Shown piece after piece: positions 36,881 to 44,225 of a DNA stretch of 44,225 nucleotides (position 1 is its first letter; each line of letters begins with the position of its first letter). Where the stretch lies: assembly GCA_964255285.1 (NCBI GenBank), contig CAXUUL010000055.1:1-44225 (forward strand), given 5' to 3'. Under the pieces are notes generated by a model. That model made no database searches and had not been told where the DNA came from. It saw only the letters and a program-made list of their open reading frames with translations. Origin of the DNA: Ionaspis alba (taxonomy: Eukaryota). Made by a program: the position numbers and the translations under genes.

Positions 36881-37213
36881 TTACGAATGAGCTTCGGTTG
36901 AGGAGAACTTTCCCTTACCATTTTATCTGATCTGAACGTCGACGCAACGCGCAACGGTTGAGATACAACGTTGAGATTATTTGGATAGATACTACGGATC
37001 GAAATCACTCCGATTTGTCGAGTACACTGCGTCAACAACGCGTAGTGAGTTCTGCTTGGTGAATCGAGACTCACAGACAACGTCTTGGAGAAAGCATTTC
37101 GAAACCGACCAAAGGCGTAACAACAACTTTGTAAATGATGTGTTGATATAGAGTACAATCACAGAAGTTCACCGTACTGGTTGAGACTGAACGAAGTGCT
37201 ATGCAAGAAGGAG

Positions 37214-39773
37214 ATGGCTCAGAACTTCACGAACTTCGACGGCTCTGCGAACCCGAACGCCAATAATACTTACGGGGAGCTCACCAATTCGCTGATCTTC
37301 CCAAATACATTTCAGTTCTCTCCGGGCTTTCAGCAGCCATGGCAGGCATCTCCAGGATGGCAAAACAATGGGCAAGAGAACTACACAATGGGAAATCCAT
37401 TTCAAGGTCAAATGATGGGATCGCAAGGCTACTTCCCTATTCAGCAGGACTATGTCGCTTTTGATGAGGGTGATGATTTCTACAACAATGAGGAGGAAGA
37501 TACTACGACAGGCGACGAAGACAAAGACGCCAAGGAAAAGGATGGACTCCCAAAGCAGATCCCGGGCTCTGCACATCAACAAACCGTCATGTCAGGTGGC
37601 GACCCTTTAGCCTCCACCCCTCCAAGTCGTGCTCAGTCACAGGTTCAAGGCGTGGAACAGCCCAAGGCAAAGGAAACACCATCGAAGACACCGATAGATA
37701 TGGCAGCAGAACTGAGAGCCAGGTTGCTTGCACAGAGAAGAGCTGCTGGCAAGACACCAACACCGGAACCCAAGACCGTGAATAAGACGAGCAATACGGA
37801 TATCTCGAAAGCAGGAGGTGAAAAGCCCAAGGTCACCATCAATACGCCTACGCGTAATCCACCACCAGCAGGTCAGGGTCGAGCTTCTCAGATTGCCGAG
37901 AAAGCATCTGCATTCTTTGATTCAAAGAAAGACGATAAGTCTACTACCAAACCCACTGTCCCATCATCGCATACTTCACATACCAGCGCTGACGTCGACG
38001 CACTACTTGCTGAAGCTAGGGACACTACTCTCGCAAGTGAGAGTATAGCAGAGCCGAATCATGTAGTCAAGCAGAAAACCGAGAACGCAGAAAAGGTCGA
38101 AATGCCGATCAATGGATCTTCACACCCAACACCAGCCGGAAAACAACCGCCCTTGAAGGCTAAGAGCCCGGAGTCCATAACAGTACCAAGTCGCCGACAG
38201 AGTTTTCACAATAGCAAAGCATCTTCTGAGACTTCTGAGCAAGGCGAGATACGCGAAGAGCCTAAGAAAGTTGATCAGGGTTCTACCAAGAATCCACCGG
38301 AACCTGTCATGTCCAAGAAGAGTGAGCATGAGAGCAAGCCAAAAAGCCAGGAAGAGGTCCAAGGCAAAGCCCAAGAGCGGTCCAAAGATCTTAAAAGCCA
38401 AAACTCACAGCCTAAGAAGATCGATACCTCTTTTGCAAATGGTAGACGCCAGGAAGGATCAGCTCCGAATTCTGCGCGGCCAAAATCACCGCCAGCAATG
38501 AAGACTCCAGCTACTTCCAGACCTCAAGAGCCTCGCAATTATCCACCGAGCTCTGATTATAGAGACCTTAGGGATTCTAATGACAGGTACACACCGCGGG
38601 ACAGATATGGTGAATCGGCNNNNNNNNNNNNNNNNNNNNNNNNNNNNNNNNNNNNNNNNNNNNNNNNNNNNNNNNNNNNNNNNNNNNNNNNNNNNNNNNN
38701 NNNNNNNNNNNNNNNNNNNGGACCTCCCCAGTGAAAATAATAAGCCATTGGCAAGTCCAGACACAGCCGAGTACTACAAGGATCTGGATGAATGGCTCGA
38801 TTGGACAGGATATCATGACAAAGAGTACCGTATCAAACAACTAGCTCTTCGAAGAAAGATGATAGAACTCGATCAGATGCGGATGGAGATCGAGCGTGAA
38901 GCGCATGCTGGATTCGAAGCTCGATCGCAGCTCGCTCGTGCACAGTCTGTGAGGCCAGGGGAAGCTTCCACTGTCCGCTCTACTCCCGCTCCACCACGCT
39001 TTCCCAGCTTCACAATGCCACCGCCGCCAGTCCCTTCCAAGGATGAACTAGGCACGCAGATCAAGGATCTCACAACTTCCTCCACACCGGCGCGGTCCGA
39101 AGACGCTCTGCGAACTTTGAAACAAGCCCAAGCATCATCCCCCGCACTAACCCCACAGCTCAAACGCCAGCACTCCGGTGAGGAGCTTGATGAGCGAGGA
39201 GGAGGTTTCTTATCGGGGAAGATTGCGCGTACTGATTCACGAGACTTTAGCTCTGATAAACCGATACAGCAAGGCGGCAACACTCTCAGAAATGTTTCCG
39301 GCTCTCTCGAGAGTCGAATCTCTGTAGATGATGGTTCTCACTATCGTGACTATGCACCACCACGAAGCAGATCACCCGACTATCGACGTCGAAGCCCAAG
39401 CCCCATCTCGCGTCATGCGTCTGGGCCAGACTCTTTCGCCGGCAGACAGTTTTCGCGGGGATCGCGCAACGGCTATTCGCCCAATCGGCGCCCGGACTTC
39501 AGTCGAGACAACTCGCCGTATAATCATGCAGATGGGGGCATTTCGTACGACGATGCTTATGAGGCTAATCCCCGCACTCGGTACCCGGCGCAGCGACATG
39601 ATTTTGATAGCCGCTCGAATACTGGGTACGATCACTATGGCGCTAATGCTCGTGGCGGACCGCAGAATCATAATGTCTATCGTGGCCGTGGGAGGGGAAG
39701 AGGTGGTCGTGGTGGGTATCCTCCATATCGAGGCGCTTATTCCAAGACTTTCGACGATGAAATTCCAAAGTGA
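37214..39773 (+). CDS. Low-complexity putative RNA-processing protein with a DLxEWLxxTGYH coiled segment, RS-like region and RGG tail; interrupted by a scaffold gap
   Basis: The ORF from ATG 37214 is open to the gap and continues after it (DLDEWLDWTGYHDKEYRIKQLALRRKMIELDQMR; RSRSPDYRRRSPSP; RGRGRGRGGRGG) to TGA at 39771-39773. Confidence 0.7.
38620..38719. other. Scaffold gap (100 N) within a CDS; true length unknown
   Basis: N run with no duplicated flanks. The frames on either side differ if 100 nt is taken literally. Confidence 0.95.
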
Positions 39774-40299
39774 GATGTGGGGAATCTGCAATATCCAGCA
39801 ATGGTATAGTGGAAGCAGAGAGCAGTTGGCTTATCTTGGTGGGCTGAGATAATTGGTGAAATAAGCTAGCAAAAGCAATTGGTAATTGTAGCAAAAAGAA
39901 ACTTGTACATTAGCAGATCGAGATAGACACTGAAGCAACACCCGCATACTCAATCATGCAGCGTCTCCTTCAATGTGAGCCACAGAAACTGATTACCCAT
40001 GGATTGTCGCTTCAACCTTCTCTAGATCTCCAGGTCTCCCCACTCCCCCGCCTTTCGACGTGCAGGAGCTTGCAGAGTGAGATATGCGACCCAGCATCGC
40101 TCTCGAAATCCTCGGATCCCTCTCCACAACCTCGTTACTTCTGTAACCCCGCTAGCCGCACTTATCACATCGCCCACCATCTCGAAGCTCGTTGAGGCAC
40201 CCTCTCGACTAGCGGGTCCAATTTAAGGTGTTTACTTTTTCCTGCCGCTCCGATGTTGTCCGACTTCATGCTATAAAGCAACGTGACTGCCTGCCTCTC

Positions 40300-41121
40300 A
40301 TGCGGGTACTCACAAGGCAATTGCACACTTACACCTCCTTCCAAAGAGCTAGAATTAGAGTCTATTGCACCACCCCTACTCGAAGAAAAGCACCCGCCAT
40401 GGCCACCCAAGGTACGCTTCCCTCGCTCCTCCCCTAAATCCTCAACACGTCCCCAACAAACCCAGCTAATCTCCCTTCTCCTCCTCCTCTTCCAGACCAC
40501 TTCGCCCACTGCCTCGAATCCAACAAAAACTGGGCCAAACAGACCCACAGCTCCAAACCCGACCTGCTGCCCAAACTCGCCCAAGGCCAATCTCCCAAAA
40601 TCCTCTGGATCGGCTGCTCCGACTCCCGCATCCCGGAAACCACCATCCTCGGCCTCCAACCCGGTGACGTCTTCGTCCACCGCAATATCGCCAATATCCT
40701 CCACGCGGCCGACCTCAGCTCCCAGGCTGTCATCGAGTATGCCGTCGGCCATCTGAAGGTCCAGGAGATCATCCTTTGTGGCCATACGAGCTGTGGAGGT
40801 GTGGGCGCTGCGCTGGGGAACAGCAGTCTGGGGGTGCTGGATGCGTGGTTGTTGCCGCTTAGGACGCTGAGGATGAAGCTGGCGAAGCAGTTGGGCAGTG
40901 TGAGTGAGGGGGAGAGGGTGGGCTTGTTGGTTAAGGAGAATGTTAAGGATGGGGTCAGTAAGTTGAGGGGGTATGGCGTTGTGCAGAAGGCGATGCAGGA
41001 GAGGGGCGTGAGGGTCCATGGCGTGGTTTATAATTTGAAGAGTGGAGAGTTGGAGGAGGTGGAGACGGCTGATGAGGAGGGGGTTAAGGAGGCTAGGAAG
41101 GAGGCTTTTCATGTTGTTTAG
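40300..41121 (+). CDS. NCE103: Beta-class carbonic anhydrase (Nce103-like); 212 aa from ATG 40399 or 245 aa from upstream in-frame ATG 40300
   Basis: Intron 40412-40495 reads GTACGC..GCTAAT..CAG. Motifs: GQSPKILWIGCSDSRIPE, GDVFVHRNIAN, IEYAVGHLKV, CGHTSCGG (Zn ligands C, H, C), VHGVVYNLKSGEL. Confidence 0.94.
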
Positions 41122-41839
41122 ATGGGTTGCATGGGTTGGGGGATAGTGTAGAGGATTGAGATGCTCCATAAAAGTCTCTGTTCGAATGACTCCTGATAGT
41201 TTTGGATACGACTTCGAAAATCGTATAGTCACACTGCTCGAGTCGTCAAGCCATGTTAATTCGCTGGGGTTATTGCAATGTATTGCTGGGAGGTGAATGT
41301 GAGATCTGCTTGGAACAATGACACTGACATCTGGTATACGTGAAGAGACCTACCACGCGCGGTAACTTGCCTTCCGCCTAGTGCTAGTAGATGGCAAGGC
41401 GTGCTGCATCAGCTCGGGAATCGTGATCAGTATCGTGACTGATCATAAGTACACCGCATGCCGCAGTTTCACAAAAGGCGAGTAAAGCACCACACTACTC
41501 ATTCTCGACAATGGACTTAATCGCGGAGGTAGAGAGACCGCCCTCACCAGCCGAGACAAAACACCATCCTGTTGCTAAGATGAAGCTGCCAGACAAGACG
41601 GAGATCGCTGTGAGTATTGTCCCCAGCTGGCCAAAGTCTACGGTGTCCTGCTAGATCGTGCCTCTCAAGAAGGAATGACGAGGTGGATGTGTTGAAACCA
41701 TACTGAGCTTGCCCTGCAGCGTCACATCCTCGCGATCTTTAGTCCTTGCAAAGTCCTTGGTCATGATAGTACAGTCGCTTCCTTATATTTTACTAAATCT
41801 GTTTCGTGTGACTCATTGCTAAAAGGAGCTGAAATGCTA

Positions 41840-42682
41840 TCAGACCTCAACTTGAGTGCCACCCGAGTTCTCCCCCGATCCTTCTCCACCTAAGCCCGGA
41901 GCCTGCCTGCCCTCTTCTATCGAGCAGCTGCAATTCCTATCTGAACCCAAGCTGCCACAGTCCGAAAGCATACCATTCTCCTCCTCAACCATGGGCATAA
42001 TGCTCAACCTCTTCCAACGACGCTTCCTCCTTAGAGTAACCCTGGGCAATGGTAGTTGCGGCCTGCTCTGGTTCGCCCGAACGATATCCCTCAGTTCCCT
42101 CAACTCGACCAATTCGTCATGAGAAAGCGTCGGTCTCTTCCTTACAGGCAGTCGCTCCCAATCTGATCCCAGGTGCCAGACACTCCACAAGACAACGGCA
42201 GTAAGGCCACAACTCACAAGCCCCCATTCCGACCACGGGAGAGCCCAGAATCCGTGCCGCCATGCATCACCGCTGCAGAATTGAGCAGCTACGATTCCCA
42301 TCGCCTGTACGACGCAGAGTCCCAAACAGATCAATGTCATGAACAGCCCTATCTTGAATCGCAAGGACGCCTTTGCCTTCTGCGCCGAGGCGGGTCCGGG
42401 AACGAGAGGTGGCAGCTTGAGGTCTTGCCCATCGTAGATAAGTTCCAAGGGTTCTGGCAACTGGGAGGCAGTTAAAAGAGGGACGGTGTCGGGGTAGAGA
42501 TGGAGTGAGATGGTGAAGAGGGCACAGGGGACGATGAGGATAGCTGTGATGAGCCAGAGGATGAGAGGGAGAGCGGATGTTGGATTGATGGAGAAGGGGT
42601 GGAAACAGTACCCTGAAGAGGGCAGATTCGTGGCTTGTGGAAGGGTTGTTGGGACTAGGAGAGTTAAGGGTTGCGGTGCCAT
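41840..42682 (-). CDS. Hypothetical membrane protein, 280 aa, about 3 TM helices
   Basis: ATG-initiated intronless ORF with hydrophobic segments LPLILWLITAILIVPCALFTI, IGLFMTLICLGLCVVQAMGIV and WGLVSCGLTAVVLWSVW, and a charged C-terminal tail. Confidence 0.65.
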   Translation of the reverse strand: MAPQPLTLLVPTTLPQATNLPSSGYCFHPFSINPTSALPLILWLITAILIVPCALFTISLHLYPDTVPLLTASQLPEPLELIYDGQDLKLPPLVPGPASAQKAKASLRFKIGLFMTLICLGLCVVQAMGIVAAQFCSGDAWRHGFWALPWSEWGLVSCGLTAVVLWSVWHLGSDWERLPVRKRPTLSHDELVELRELRDIVRANQSRPQLPLPRVTLRRKRRWKRLSIMPMVEEENGMLSDCGSLGSDRNCSCSIEEGRQAPGLGGEGSGENSGGTQVEV

Positions 42683-43686
42683 TGCTCTTGGTGAGGACGA
42701 AGGTAAGTTATGGTCGAGATGTTGAGTATGTATAGAAGTATGTTATGCTGAATCTGGGATATGCTTCAAAATATATGCGAGGTGGTCTGAGATGCAAAAG
42801 AAAAAGAAACGGAAACGGATTCCGGGTGAGGACTTCTCATATATTTGGCACTGACGAGTATGAAATCAGTAGATCAGCTTGTTGAGAAGATTCAACACCG
42901 CACTTTCCCTCGATCAGAAATACACTTTCCTTTGGAGACAAACAATATTTCTAACCTCGTGCAGATGATTGAATCAATGAAAGCAGCGGCCACAACGACC
43001 AGGCTCTCTTTGCATTCCTCGTCCTAATCAGAGTTTCAGTTCATCTGGCGCCGAAGCCAGTCCAGGCCGTGCCCTTCAAGTCCCCAACTTCTAACATCGA
43101 TTGCCATCGAAGTCCACGAAAGCTGGGGATCTGGATCACTTTGTATTTGCTGAACCTTGGAACTCAATTCCGCTTTCGGTTGCAGTGGATCGGCCCGCAA
43201 TGGCAGAAGCTTGATCATGAAATCTATCTCAGTCCAGCCCAGAAAGAATATTCACGCAAGAGTCGAAAGCGATTGCAAGAACAAGTGTGGAGGAAGCACG
43301 TTTTGGGAAGAGCATGACTCAGCTCCTAATAAATATGATTTCGTGGACATGTGCATGAGCAATTCGTGTGGTCTGATGTCACCTCTTCTTTCATTACTGC
43401 CTGAATATGGTTCGGTCTCGAGTTCTCTGACCATACATGGGTTGTGGTTGCTGTCATCGAAATCTTGGTCCAGATTCCTTTACATTTCCTTAGCACATAT
43501 TTCCTGCTCACCTCTGCTGCCTTCCTATAAATATGAGAGTCTAGTCCTTGTCTTCACTTACCTCCCTTTGCCCATCAAGAACCTTTAACCCTTCTCCAAA
43601 TATCCTCAACCGTTTCCAACAACAAACAAAGGCTACTTGAAGCCTCTCAACCATCTTAGCAACCTCACCCTCCCAATTCAGCCACC

Positions 43687-44225
43687 ATGTCATCCACCGC
43701 CTCTTGCCCAGCAACCCACCGCCTCGACGTCACGGCCCAGACCTCCATGATCATCACCCTGCTCTTCCTCCCCCTCCTACCCATGATCTCCCTGACGATC
43801 TTCTACCTCCTGCCGCCAGCAGTCAAAACACGACTTCGAGCCTCACCCATCAGCCGCTCCACTCACTCCGCCGGCTGCTCCACGAAGCTGCAGCACACGA
43901 CTTCACCACCGCACGCCAAGCGCACTTCCGCAGCGTCTGATTCCACGGATCCAGGATCTCTGGCGTCAACAACAGCAGACAGGGTATGTTGGCCAGGACG
44001 ATGGAGTCCTCACCCAAATAGGCGGCCTTGTCTTTCTACCAAGACAAAGCCGGTCGCTAAGCCGTCGAAGCGGAAGATCAGGATGGAGGATGTTCGCTTT
44101 GGGATTGCGACGGTGCTTCTGGCGCTGGACGCCGCTGGGTTGGTGGTTTTGGGATTGACAATCTCGGTATGGGGGACTTGCGGTGAGGTGAAGATGGGAG
44201 CGGAGGTGAGGACTTTTCTGTGGGT
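43687..44225 (+). CDS. Hypothetical membrane protein, 5' part only (open to the window end; not in the ORF track)
   Basis: GCCACCATG start context at 43681-43689 and TATAAA at about 43526. No stop in 179 codons: MSSTASCPATHRLDVTAQTSMIITLLFLPLLPMISLTIFYLLP...VRFGIATVLLALDAAGLVVLGLTISVWGTCG...FLW. Confidence 0.65.
   Translation, partial: MSSTASCPATHRLDVTAQTSMIITLLFLPLLPMISLTIFYLLPPAVKTRLRASPISRSTHSAGCSTKLQHTTSPPHAKRTSAASDSTDPGSLASTTADRVCWPGRWSPHPNRRPCLSTKTKPVAKPSKRKIRMEDVRFGIATVLLALDAAGLVVLGLTISVWGTCGEVKMGAEVRTFLW

Noticed and set aside
40165..41232. 355-aa antisense ORF covering the carbonic anhydrase
   Set aside because: Mirror of a strongly codon-biased sense gene, crosses its intron, and starts at a non-ATG codon.

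Overview
Gene-dense window from a filamentous ascomycete (Pezizomycotina) short-read assembly. Genes have short GT-AG introns with CTRAC-type branch sites, and there are five 100-N scaffold gaps. The left end looks like the edge of a secondary-metabolite gene cluster: a wax-synthase/MBOAT O-acetyltransferase divergent from a CYP7-type P450, followed by a PTH11/SAT4-like 7TM protein. The rest holds a CM1 (centrosomin motif 1) protein, Spp382/TFIP11, a conserved disordered protein, glycerol kinase, Ncs6/Ctu1, a four-finger C2H2 polyQ transcription factor, a 2EXR/F-box-like protein, Mrp10, a beta-carbonic anhydrase and several hypotheticals. The main observations beyond the ORF track are: (1) a three-exon 71-aa Cys/His micro-gene at 21032-21445; (2) a 1.26-kb ATG-free leader and a GC-AG intron in the C2H2 gene; (3) a head-to-head pair of apparently paralogous orphan membrane proteins at the right end; (4) a protein resembling fungal YTH proteins but with no YTH domain visible; (5) an in-frame presequence-like extension on the carbonic anhydrase; (6) recurrent C-rich to G-rich strand-skew flips. 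All family assignments come from motif recognition by eye, not database searches.
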